DNA of 14,797 nt, taken from the NCBI GenBank assembly GCA_034660555.1, contig JAYEJL010000060.1:1-14797 (forward strand), read 5' to 3'. The notes beneath the pieces were generated by a model that saw nothing but the letters and a program-made list of their open reading frames with translations, did not search any database and was not told the origin of the DNA. Positions 1 to 8,808 of the stretch are shown here, in pieces (position 1 is the stretch's first letter; each line of letters begins with the position of its first letter). The position numbers and the translations under genes are program-made. This stretch comes from Thermotogota bacterium (GTDB lineage Bacteria; Thermotogota; Thermotogae; Petrotogales; Kosmotogaceae).

Positions 1-78
1 TTTAGCAAAGTCTTCATCATCAATAGTCGTAAGTGTTCCATCAAGATCAATCATATATGTTAGTATTTCAGCAGTCAT
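1..78 (-). CDS. HAD-superfamily hydrolase, N-terminal 26 aa (runs off the window edge)
   Basis: Not in the ORF track. Manual translation from ATG at 78 gives MTAEILTYMIDLDGTLTTIDDEDFAK, with HAD motif I (DLDGTL). SD-like AGGAGAGG lies at 83-90 on the minus strand. Confidence 0.85.
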   Translation of the reverse strand, partial: MTAEILTYMIDLDGTLTTIDDEDFAK

Positions 79-147
79 TTTACCTCTCCTTCAAGAATTT
101 GTTTTTGTTTTTTCTTAGTCAAAATCGATTATATAGTAAAATAGCCG

Positions 148-176
148 TTGAAAAGCTATCTTTTGTAAACTATAAT
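148..176 (+). promoter_or_regulatory. sigma70-type promoter for the rpmB operon
   Basis: TTGAAA (148-153), 17-bp spacer, TATAAT (171-176), about 30 nt upstream of the rpmB ATG. SD AGGAGG precedes 206. Confidence 0.75.
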
Positions 177-205
177 GTTAAGGTATTTATGAAAGGAGGA
201 TTCAA

Positions 206-397
206 ATGTCTAAAGTTTGTGAAATATGTGGAAAAAGACCTACAACTGGTAATTCTGTCAGTCACTCTAACAAGAGAAACAAACGCTGGTGGAGACCGAA
301 TGTTCAGAAGGTAAAGGTTAATATCGACGGCAAAGTCAAAAAGATCAATGTATGCACAAGTTGTCTTAAAGCTGGAAAAGTAAAGAAAGCAATATAA
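206..397 (+). CDS. rpmB: 50S ribosomal protein L28 (Zn-ribbon form with two CxxC pairs)
   Basis: MSKVCEICGK..GNSVSHS..KRWWRPNVQ..VCTSCLKAGKV matches the bL28 pattern; strong SD. Confidence 0.97.
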   Translation: MSKVCEICGKRPTTGNSVSHSNKRNKRWWRPNVQKVKVNIDGKVKKINVCTSCLKAGKVKKAI

Positions 398-420
398 GGA
401 ACTGTTTATCAATAAATTTC

Positions 421-1545
421 ATGATTAGCAGAAAGACATACCTTGAAATAGATCTTTCAGCTTACGAAAGCAACATTCGCTATTTTCAGCGGATGCTTGG
501 TCATTCCAATATTATGGCTGTTGTAAAATCAGATGGATATGGACACGGAGCCGTTAAAATTGCCAAAACAGCTGTTGATTGTGGTGTTGATAAATTAGCT
601 GTTGCTTTCGTTGAAGAAGGAGTCGAATTAAGAAAAGCGGGAATTGATGTACCGATACTTGTGATGAATTATTTCACTCCTGAATACGTAAATCTTGCAG
701 CTGAAAATAATCTAGCCATTACTATTTTCTCTGAGGAACACGCAAAATCACTTCTTCAAGCCATTAAAGGTAATCAAACATTAAGAACACACGTTAATGT
801 TGACACGGGTATCAGGAGAGTTGGCCAAACACCGGAAAACGCCGTGAAACTTATTGAATTTTTGAAGAATCAAAAGAATATCAATCTTGAAGGCATTTAC
901 ACTCACTTCGCAGTAGCTGATGAACAAAACCCTGATTTTTCACTCAAACAGGTTGAATTATTTGAAAAATTGCTTTCTATTATAGAGAAACAGGGGATCG
1001 ATATAAAAGAGAAACATATCTCAAACAGCGCCGGGGCTTTAAGATTTAATCAGTCCTGGTGTGATTATGTACGGCTGGGAATTGCAAGTTATGGCATGCA
1101 ACCGTCTAAGGAATTTGAAATAGCAGAATTGAGGCCGGTTTTATCATGGTACTCTACCGTTTCATATGTGAAAAAGATAAAACCAGGAGATAGTATAAGT
1201 TACGGTCGCACATATATTGCCTCAACAGAAAAAACTGTTGCGACAATTCCTGTGGGCTATGGTGATGGATATAATCGTGGTTTGTCAAACAAAGGTAATG
1301 TTTTAGTAAAAGGACAAAAATGTCCAGTCTTAGGAAGAGTTTGTATGGATCAACTTGTCGCAGATGTTAGCCATCTAAATGAAGAACCAAAACCTGGTGA
1401 TGAAGTAGTATTAATTGGAAAACAAGGAGAAAACAATATTTCCGCTGAGGAGATTGCCGGGCTACTTAACACAATTAATTATGAAGTTACCTGTGCTATT
1501 ACGAAGCGGGTTCCCAGGATTTATAAAAGGAAGGGGAGTTTCTGA
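421..1545 (+). CDS. alr: Alanine racemase family PLP enzyme
   Basis: AVVKSDGYGHG (PLP Lys36), GIYTHFA, SNSAG, VRLGI, ISYGRTY (catalytic Tyr), GYGDGY, GRVCMDQ, TINYE. Confidence 0.93.
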   Translation: MISRKTYLEIDLSAYESNIRYFQRMLGHSNIMAVVKSDGYGHGAVKIAKTAVDCGVDKLAVAFVEEGVELRKAGIDVPILVMNYFTPEYVNLAAENNLAITIFSEEHAKSLLQAIKGNQTLRTHVNVDTGIRRVGQTPENAVKLIEFLKNQKNINLEGIYTHFAVADEQNPDFSLKQVELFEKLLSIIEKQGIDIKEKHISNSAGALRFNQSWCDYVRLGIASYGMQPSKEFEIAELRPVLSWYSTVSYVKKIKPGDSISYGRTYIASTEKTVATIPVGYGDGYNRGLSNKGNVLVKGQKCPVLGRVCMDQLVADVSHLNEEPKPGDEVVLIGKQGENNISAEEIAGLLNTINYEVTCAITKRVPRIYKRKGSF

Positions 1546-2594
1546 TGAAACTTAGAGACATACTTGGAAATGATATTGCAAAACAGTTTAATGCAAAAAA
1601 TGGACTGGATGATAAAAAACCTTTTATCACATCACTAAAACCAGGAATGATTATACAGACTGATGTGAAGGTTATCTCAAAAAGATTGCAGGAAGCGAAA
1701 GACGGAAGCAAATTTCTCCTACTAACACTGACTGATCGAACAGGCGCAATAAGAGCTGTAGATTGGCACAATGCAGAGTACAACGATGAAAAACTTGATG
1801 TGGGAACAGTGGTCAGAGTAAAAGGAAAAATCGTTGTTTTTAATGAAAGGCTACAATTAAATCTTGATCCAAACAATGGAATTAGTATACTTCATGAAGA
1901 ATCTTATGATCCCTTAAGGTTTGTTTCAGTGACGAAAAAGAATATATCTGAAATGTATGACAGATTGTGTAATTTAATTGATAGTCTAGGTAATGATTAC
2001 CTGAAAAGTTTACTTAAGTTGATATTCATTGAAGATAAAGATTTTGTGAGAAATTTCGTTGTCTGTCCTGCTGCTATTAAAATCCATCATGCATATAAAG
2101 GTGGGTTACTTGAACATACTCTTTCCGTTGCTGAATTATGTGACTATCTGGCTCAGAAAAATTCTGACTGCATAAATAGAGATATACTTATTTCTGGAGC
2201 ACTACTTCATGATATTGGTAAAACCAAAGAATACACACTGTCATCATCAGGAATAGAAAAAACTGACATTGGTGAAATAATTGGACATATAGCTATGGGC
2301 ATTGAATTGATTACTAAATACATAAATAAAATACCTGACTTTCCTTCTTTCTTGCTTGCTGAGATAAAACATTTGATTCTTTCTCATCATGGGGAAATGG
2401 AATGGGGCTCACCGGTAGTACCTAAAACAACAGAAGCTATGGTATTACATATGGCAGATAATCTTGATTCAAAGATGGCACAATTCAGAGAAATAGAATC
2501 AAGAGAATACAGTAGTAGTGATAACAATTGGAGTAATTACGATAAATACCTTAATAGAAGAATCTTCATGAAAAACCGTGATGAAAACTTCTAG
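1545..2594 (+). CDS. yhaM: OB-fold + HD-domain 3'-5' exonuclease (YhaM/Cbf1 family)
   Basis: N-terminal OB fold (LLLTLTDRTGAIRAVDW..VVRVKGKI), HHAYKGGLLEHT, LLHDIGK, ILSHHG..EWGSP, HMADNLDS. Start overlaps the alr stop (TGATG). Confidence 0.85.
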   Translation: MKLRDILGNDIAKQFNAKNGLDDKKPFITSLKPGMIIQTDVKVISKRLQEAKDGSKFLLLTLTDRTGAIRAVDWHNAEYNDEKLDVGTVVRVKGKIVVFNERLQLNLDPNNGISILHEESYDPLRFVSVTKKNISEMYDRLCNLIDSLGNDYLKSLLKLIFIEDKDFVRNFVVCPAAIKIHHAYKGGLLEHTLSVAELCDYLAQKNSDCINRDILISGALLHDIGKTKEYTLSSSGIEKTDIGEIIGHIAMGIELITKYINKIPDFPSFLLAEIKHLILSHHGEMEWGSPVVPKTTEAMVLHMADNLDSKMAQFREIESREYSSSDNNWSNYDKYLNRRIFMKNRDENF

Positions 2595-2617
2595 ATCTAA
2601 TAATTGAGGTGATTTTT

Positions 2618-4867
2618 GTGACAAAAAAACTGGTTATAGTAGAGTCTCCAGCAAAAGCAAAAACAATTTCAAGATATCTTGGAAAGGATTACGAGGTTGC
2701 CTCATCAAAGGGGCACGTGAGGGACCTGCCAAATTCCAAGTTTGGTGTAGATCTCAAAACGTTTGAACCTACTTATGAAGTCGTTAAGAATAAGAAGAAA
2801 GTTGTCAGTGAATTAAAAAAGAAGGCAAAAAATAAAAATGTTTTGCTTGCTTCTGACATGGATAGAGAGGGTGAAGCAATTGCATGGCATTTATCAGAAT
2901 TGCTTAGTTTGCCTAAAGACGAAAAAAATAGAATTATTTTCAATGAAATTACAAAAAATGCAATACTTGATGCTGTGAAAGAACCACAGAAGATTGATAA
3001 CAATAAAGTTGATGCTCAGGTTGCGAGAAGAATTCTCGATAGAATTGTTGGCTACAAACTTAGTCCTCTTTTATGGAAAGTAATAAAAGGCGGATTAAGT
3101 GCTGGAAGAGTACAGTCAGTTGCATTAAAAATGATCGTTGAGTTGGATAAGAAAATATTCCATTTCAAACCTCATACATACTACAAAATATTTATGAAAT
3201 ATGCTGATGAAAAGATCCCACTTGACAGAATTAACGGGAAGAAATTTGGGAAGAAATCTGTCAATTCCGAAAAAGAAAAAGATGAGTTATTAGAAGAACT
3301 AAAAGCAAAAGAATACTACATATCCAGTGTAAAAAAATCAAAAAGTAGAAGAAAACCACCAAATCCCTTTATTACTTCGACACTACAGCAATCCTCAATA
3401 AATGAACTGGGATGGAGTGCATCAAAAACTATGAGGGTAGCCCAACAATTGTATGAAGGAATAGAAACACCTGAGGGAAATATTGCCTTCATAACATACA
3501 TGAGAACTGACTCTATAAGAGTTTCTGAGGTAGCTAAAAACACTGCCAGAAAATTCATTAAGGAAAATTATGGTAATGAATATATAGGAACAAAAAAAGA
3601 AAGAAAGCAAAAGGGTAAGAATATTCAGGACGCACATGAATCTATAAGACCAACATATGTTGACCGCAGTCCCAAAGAAATTAAGAAACGAAAACTCATT
3701 AAAGGAGATCATTACCGTTTATACAAGCTAATATGGGATAGATTTATCGCATCTCAAATGACAGATTCTGTTTATGAGATCACGAAGGTTGAAATAGCTG
3801 ACATAGAAAAGAAATACATATTTCTTCACACATTTGAAAAGCAGGTGTTTCCAGGACATGAAATTATTAGCAAGAAGAATAAAACTTCATCCTCAAAAGA
3901 AATGGAAGCAAAAAAAGATAAAAGAATCGTTCCAGATGGTTTTTTGGGTGAAAAAACTCAAACAAAGCCACCTTCTAGATACAGTGAAGCCACCCTTGTG
4001 AAAAACCTTGAAAAGAAAGGGATAGGACGGCCTTCTACTTATGCTACTATTATTTCTACTCTATTAACCAGAAATTACGTTAATAAGGCAGGTAGAGAGT
4101 TAAGACCAACGTTACTTGGCAGTGTCGTTTCAGATTTCTTAATAAAAGAATTCCCTGATATCATTGATGAGGATTTCACGGCCAGACTTGAATCAGAACT
4201 GGATGAAATTGAAAACGCCAATCTGCAATGGAAAAAATCGATAGAAGGTTTCTTTAACAGCTTTTCAAAAGATTTAAATGAAGTACAGGAATCAATGAGC
4301 AAGGGGAAAATCAAACTAGAGTATTCGACAGATGTCAAGTGTGATTGTGGAGGGAAATTTAAACTTGTCTTTGGTCGCTATGGGGGCTACCTAAAATGCG
4401 AAGAATGCGAAGAAAAGAAATCGATTGATATGAATATATTTGCACCCATTGATGATCACACTGTTATCCTTCATGATGTTTTGAAGGAATACGAAGAAGA
4501 TGCAAAACTTGATGAAAAATGTCCTAAATGTGGTGCTCCCCTGGTAAAAAAAAGGGGAAGGTACGGTGAATTTATCGCCTGTTCAGCTTACCCCAAATGC
4601 AAATATACGAGAAATGTGAGAGCTGAAGGTCCATGCCCCGAATGCGGTGGTATTGTTGAAAAAATGCGAAGTAAAAAAGGGAAGACCTACTTCAAATGTA
4701 CTTCGTGCGGTAAAATGTACTGGAATGAACCAAGCAAGGAAGAATGTCCTCAATGCGGTGGAACCTTGTTCAAAAGAAAACGGAAAGACGGCAGTGTTAC
4801 ATATTACTGCCCAAAATGTAAAAAGAGATTCAGCTCTAATGATTTAAAAGGTGAAAATCATGAGTAA
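2618..4867 (+). CDS. topA: DNA topoisomerase I (type IA) with four C-terminal Cys4 zinc ribbons
   Basis: IVESPAKAKTI, GHVRDL, DMDREGEAI (TOPRIM), SAGRVQS, ITYMRTDS (catalytic Tyr), QDAHESIRPT, GIGRPSTY. Start reassigned to GTG 2618 because the track's GTG at 2609 lies inside the SD GAGGTG. Confidence 0.96.
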   Translation: MTKKLVIVESPAKAKTISRYLGKDYEVASSKGHVRDLPNSKFGVDLKTFEPTYEVVKNKKKVVSELKKKAKNKNVLLASDMDREGEAIAWHLSELLSLPKDEKNRIIFNEITKNAILDAVKEPQKIDNNKVDAQVARRILDRIVGYKLSPLLWKVIKGGLSAGRVQSVALKMIVELDKKIFHFKPHTYYKIFMKYADEKIPLDRINGKKFGKKSVNSEKEKDELLEELKAKEYYISSVKKSKSRRKPPNPFITSTLQQSSINELGWSASKTMRVAQQLYEGIETPEGNIAFITYMRTDSIRVSEVAKNTARKFIKENYGNEYIGTKKERKQKGKNIQDAHESIRPTYVDRSPKEIKKRKLIKGDHYRLYKLIWDRFIASQMTDSVYEITKVEIADIEKKYIFLHTFEKQVFPGHEIISKKNKTSSSKEMEAKKDKRIVPDGFLGEKTQTKPPSRYSEATLVKNLEKKGIGRPSTYATIISTLLTRNYVNKAGRELRPTLLGSVVSDFLIKEFPDIIDEDFTARLESELDEIENANLQWKKSIEGFFNSFSKDLNEVQESMSKGKIKLEYSTDVKCDCGGKFKLVFGRYGGYLKCEECEEKKSIDMNIFAPIDDHTVILHDVLKEYEEDAKLDEKCPKCGAPLVKKRGRYGEFIACSAYPKCKYTRNVRAEGPCPECGGIVEKMRSKKGKTYFKCTSCGKMYWNEPSKEECPQCGGTLFKRKRKDGSVTYYCPKCKKRFSSNDLKGENHE

Positions 4868-5765
4868 CATAGCAGTTGTCTTTGGTGGTTTTTCTTGTGA
4901 AAGAGGAATCTCATTGAAAAGTGGGTCAAATGTTATCCACTCACTTGAAAAACTGGGACATACAGTAAAAGGTTTTGATCTAAAAAAAGAAAATGTACAT
5001 AGGTTGTCTGAACTTTCTGATAATGACCTTGTATTCATTGCGCTGCATGGAAGATATGGAGAGGATGGAAAAATTCAGGGATATCTCGATTCACTTGATA
5101 TCCCATATACTGGTTCTAAAGTACTCTCGAGCGCAATTTGTTTTGATAAGACATTTACATACAATATTCTAAAAGAACATGTAATTTTCCCTAAAGGTAC
5201 CATCTTTAATAAAAATCAGAAATCAGAAACATTAAAATGGGATGTTTTTCCAGCAATAGTAAAACCTTCTGAGGAAGGATCAAGTATTGGTGTAAGCATA
5301 GTTGATAATAAAGAACAATTGTTTCAAGCAATAAATAAAACATTGAATTCATATGAAACAGTGATTGTTGAAAAATTCATTGGAGGCCGTGAATTATCTA
5401 TTTCAATAATTGAAAAAAACAATCAGCTACTGGTTCTACCAATCTTAGAAATCAAACCAAAAAAAAGATTTTACGATTATGAAGCAAAATATACAGCGGG
5501 AATGACAAGCTTCAGTGTTCCAGCAGAACTTGGAACTCAAATGGAAAAATCACTAATTGAAAAGTCAAAGGAAATTTATGAGCGTATGAAATGTAGACAC
5601 TTCGCTAGAATTGATGGTATTTTGAAGGATAACACCTTCTATTTCTTAGAGGTCAATACTATTCCTGGTCTGACTGATCTAAGCGATTTACCTTTGTCAG
5701 CACAAGCTGAAGGTATGAACTTTGTCGAACTAATCGACGTCATTGTTCAAGAAGCATTAAAATAG
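4860..5765 (+). CDS. ddl: D-alanine--D-alanine ligase
   Basis: GGxSxERx[19 protein letters not shown], VKPxx[24 protein letters not shown]. Likely start is ATG 4860 (after AAGGTGA), overlapping the topA end by 8 nt. Confidence 0.95.
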   Translation: MSNIAVVFGGFSCERGISLKSGSNVIHSLEKLGHTVKGFDLKKENVHRLSELSDNDLVFIALHGRYGEDGKIQGYLDSLDIPYTGSKVLSSAICFDKTFTYNILKEHVIFPKGTIFNKNQKSETLKWDVFPAIVKPSEEGSSIGVSIVDNKEQLFQAINKTLNSYETVIVEKFIGGRELSISIIEKNNQLLVLPILEIKPKKRFYDYEAKYTAGMTSFSVPAELGTQMEKSLIEKSKEIYERMKCRHFARIDGILKDNTFYFLEVNTIPGLTDLSDLPLSAQAEGMNFVELIDVIVQEALK

Positions 5766-5785
5766 GCCAATTTGGAGGTGGACTC

Positions 5786-6325
5786 ATGGAACAATTTCAC
5801 GGAACAACAATCATTGTTGTAAAAAAAGATAATCAAACAGTAATAGCTGGAGACGGACAGGTAACCTTTGGCAATACAGTTATGAAAGCATCTGCGAAGA
5901 AAGTGAGAAAATTAGGAGATGGAAAGGTTCTTGCAGGATTTGCAGGATCAGTTGCAGATGCCCTAACGCTATTAGAAAAATTCGAAGAGAAATATAGAGA
6001 AAGTAATTCAACATTGATCAGAGCAGCTGTGAAATTAGCTAAAGAGTGGAGAACAAGTAAAATACTCCAAAAACTGGAAGCACTATTAATTGTAGCTGAC
6101 AAAGAAAACATACTTTTAGTCTCAGGTAGCGGAGAGGTTATTGAACCCGATGAAAATATTATTGCCATAGGCTCAGGAGGTTCCTATGCTTTCGCCGCTG
6201 CAAAAGCTATGATGAAACACAGCAAATTAAGTGCAAGAGATATTGCTGAAGAATCGCTGAGAATAGCAAGTGAGATTTGTATATATACGAATTCTAATTT
6301 CACAGTAGAAACACTGGAGGTGTAA
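5786..6325 (+). CDS. hslV: ATP-dependent protease subunit HslV (ClpQ)
   Basis: Short propeptide MEQFHG followed by catalytic [41 protein letters not shown]. Confidence 0.97.
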   Translation: MEQFHGTTIIVVKKDNQTVIAGDGQVTFGNTVMKASAKKVRKLGDGKVLAGFAGSVADALTLLEKFEEKYRESNSTLIRAAVKLAKEWRTSKILQKLEALLIVADKENILLVSGSGEVIEPDENIIAIGSGGSYAFAAAKAMMKHSKLSARDIAEESLRIASEICIYTNSNFTVETLEV

Positions 6326-6327
6326 AA

Positions 6328-7713
6328 ATGCCAAAAAATTTAAATCAGCTTACTCCCAAAAAAATCGCTCAGGAGCTTGATCAATATATTGTAGGTCAGG
6401 ATGAGGCTAAAAAGGCTGTAGCAGTTGCATTAAGGAATAGAATCAGAAGGCAGAGACTCAGCGAAGATATGCAAAAAGATGTTATTCCAAAGAATATTTT
6501 AATGATGGGACCAACAGGTGTAGGAAAAACTGAAATTGCCAGACGACTGGCTGAACTTTCTGATTCTCCATTCATTAAAGTTGAAGCAACACGTTTTACT
6601 GAAGTTGGTTATGTAGGAAAAAATGTTGAATCCATAATAAGAGAACTCACAGATGTGAGCGTTAATATGGTTAAACAGGAACGAATGAAAGAGGTAGAAG
6701 AAAAGGCAAAGGTTCTTGTTGAAGATCGAATACTTGATGCATTAATAAAAGGTCCGCAAAAAAGAAATCAACCGAAAAACATATTTGATTTATTCCAGGG
6801 AACCCCTCAACAAAAAATGAGTTCTGAAGAAGCCCAAAAATATAGAGAAAAAAGAGAACGCTACAGAGAAAAATTGAGATCTGGTGAACTGGAAGATTAT
6901 GAAATTGAAGTTGAAGTTGAAGATAAATCCAAACCAATGGTAATGGTTCCAGGCATGGAAGACATGGGTATTGATATGTCAAATATTCTTGGGGATATGG
7001 TCCCAAAGAAAAAGAAAAAGAAAAGACTTAAAATTTCAGAAGCCAGAAAAATACTATTGCCCATAGAATCTGAAAAACTTCTGGATATGGATAAAGTTGT
7101 TTCAGAAGCAATTGATAGAGTTCAAAATAGAGGTATTGTATTTATTGATGAAATAGATAAGGTAACCACAAAATCAGGTAGCGAAGGCGCCGGTGTATCA
7201 AGAGAAGGTGTTCAGAGAGATCTGTTGCCAATAATCGAGGGTACGACGGTAAATACAAAACATGGAACTGTTAAAACAGATTACATTCTTTTTGTTGCTG
7301 CAGGTGCTTTCCATACATCAAAACCTTCGGATCTTATTCCTGAATTTCAAGGACGTTTTCCCATAAGAGTAGAGCTTGACGATCTGACAGAAGAAGATTT
7401 CTATAGTATTTTAACAGAACCAAAAAATGCCGTAACAAAGCAATATAAAGCTTTACTTGAAACGGAAGCTGTCAGTATTGAATTTGCAGACGACGGACTC
7501 AAAGAGATAGCAAGAACTGCACATAATATAAACGAGCGAATAGAGAACATCGGAGCCAGAAGACTTTACACAGTTGTTGAACGTGTTCTGGAAGACATTT
7601 CTTATGAGGCTCCAGATGTTGATGAAAGTAAAATACTGATTAATAGAGAATATGTTCTGTCCAAAATCAAAGACATAGCCGCAGATGAGGATCTGAGTTC
7701 GTTCATTTTGTAA
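6328..7713 (+). CDS. hslU: ATP-dependent protease ATPase subunit HslU (ClpY)
   Basis: Walker A GPTGVGKT, pore loop GYVG, Walker B FIDEID, SREGVQRDLLP, GRFPIRVEL, IGARRL, C-terminal DLSSFIL. Confidence 0.97.
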   Translation: MPKNLNQLTPKKIAQELDQYIVGQDEAKKAVAVALRNRIRRQRLSEDMQKDVIPKNILMMGPTGVGKTEIARRLAELSDSPFIKVEATRFTEVGYVGKNVESIIRELTDVSVNMVKQERMKEVEEKAKVLVEDRILDALIKGPQKRNQPKNIFDLFQGTPQQKMSSEEAQKYREKRERYREKLRSGELEDYEIEVEVEDKSKPMVMVPGMEDMGIDMSNILGDMVPKKKKKKRLKISEARKILLPIESEKLLDMDKVVSEAIDRVQNRGIVFIDEIDKVTTKSGSEGAGVSREGVQRDLLPIIEGTTVNTKHGTVKTDYILFVAAGAFHTSKPSDLIPEFQGRFPIRVELDDLTEEDFYSILTEPKNAVTKQYKALLETEAVSIEFADDGLKEIARTAHNINERIENIGARRLYTVVERVLEDISYEAPDVDESKILINREYVLSKIKDIAADEDLSSFIL

Positions 7714-7725
7714 AGAGGTAGGAAA

Positions 7726-8751
7726 ATGTATAGAAAAGAATATGCTTTACTTGCATTATCGGGCGATTTAACTGTTGAAGAAATCAATAAATGTATTGAA
7801 GAAGAAGTAACCCTTAGCGACTTTATAAAAAGCAGGCTACCTTTTATCCCTCAAGCAAAACAAAAAAAGGTATATGCCAGCATTAAAAAGGTTGAGCAAT
7901 ATTTGAATGCTTATAATTATATAGTTATCACTGATGATAACTACCCGGAATTACTAAGAGAAGTTGATTCACCTCCACCTGTTTTGTTTTATAAGGGTAA
8001 TATAGATATTATAGATAGTATGAAAAACCTATCAATTGTGGGATCTAGAAAATCCTCAGCTTACGGATATAATATAGCATTTTCTTTTGCATCACAACTT
8101 GTCAACTTCAATATTACTGTAATAAGTGGTTTGGCTGCTGGCATTGATGGAGCTTCTCATAAAGGTGCCTTAGAAGGGAACGGATATACTGTAGCAGTTT
8201 TGGGATGTGGTATTGATAAAATATATCCAGCAAGCAATAGAGATCTTTTTAAAGCAATTTCTGATAAAGGATGTATATTAAGCGAATACCTTCCTGGAAC
8301 ACCTCCTCTCAAACACAATTTCCCAAGAAGAAATCGAATAATTGCAGGTTTATCTAAAGCAGTACTTGTTGTTGAAGCTACAAAGAAAAGTGGTTCATTA
8401 ATAACGGCACGTTTTGCTCTCGATAATGGGAGAGATGTGTTTGCAGTTCCAGGAGATATAAGAAGGAAAAACTCCTCAGGAACAAACTGGCTAATTCAAA
8501 ATGGAGCGAAATTGATTACCTCTGTTGAGGATATTCTTGAAGAATACGGTGAATTAAATACTGTCTTAACTGAAGACAATTACAGTGAAAATGCATTAAA
8601 GATAATCAATATTTTAGAAAACGGACCAGCTCACTTTGATGAAATTTTGATGGCAACGAAATTGAAGTACAATGAAATATTAAACGAGCTTACAAAGCTT
8701 CAACTAGAAGGAAAAGTTTATGAAAATGCTGGAAGATGGAGTCTGATCTAA
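7726..8751 (+). CDS. dprA: DNA-processing protein DprA (Smf)
   Basis: YPELLREV..PPPVLFYKG, IVGSR, ISGLAAGIDG, FPRRNRIIAGLS, VVEA..KSGSLITA, GRDVFAVPG, and a C-terminal winged-helix-like tail. Confidence 0.95.
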   Translation: MYRKEYALLALSGDLTVEEINKCIEEEVTLSDFIKSRLPFIPQAKQKKVYASIKKVEQYLNAYNYIVITDDNYPELLREVDSPPPVLFYKGNIDIIDSMKNLSIVGSRKSSAYGYNIAFSFASQLVNFNITVISGLAAGIDGASHKGALEGNGYTVAVLGCGIDKIYPASNRDLFKAISDKGCILSEYLPGTPPLKHNFPRRNRIIAGLSKAVLVVEATKKSGSLITARFALDNGRDVFAVPGDIRRKNSSGTNWLIQNGAKLITSVEDILEEYGELNTVLTEDNYSENALKIINILENGPAHFDEILMATKLKYNEILNELTKLQLEGKVYENAGRWSLI

Positions 8752-8778
8752 TCTACATGATAACTTATCTTTGTGTAA

Positions 8779-8787
8779 TGTTATAAT
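8779..8787 (+). promoter_or_regulatory. extended -10 promoter for fba-ackA
   Basis: TGtTATAAT in the 57-bp dprA-fba gap, followed by SD AAAGGAGGT (8793-8801). Confidence 0.6.
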
Positions 8788-8808
8788 TCATTAAAGGAGG
8801 TTTTTCAA

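Noticed and set aside
128..156. Divergent promoter for the HAD gene (minus-strand TATAAT at 133-128)
   Set aside because: The -10 is good, but there is no properly spaced -35 or TG extension. This is too weak to call in AT-rich DNA.
33..412. ORFs 33..314 (+) and 170..412 (-)
   Set aside because: They overlap the HAD gene, the promoter and rpmB, and have no SD or motifs.
1545..2594. HD nuclease as Cas3'' or a defence effector
   Set aside because: The OB+HD architecture and HHAY/SHHG..WGSP motifs match housekeeping YhaM/Cbf1, and there are no defence genes nearby.
421..5765. alr + ddl as a van-type glycopeptide resistance cluster
   Set aside because: Ddl keeps the Tyr omega loop of D-Ala-D-Ala ligases, there is no vanH/X/Y/R/S, and the racemase has no VanT membrane domain.
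7005..7025. (AAAGAA)n microsatellite in hslU
   Set aside because: It simply encodes the Lys-rich stretch of the HslU I-domain, and the frame is intact.
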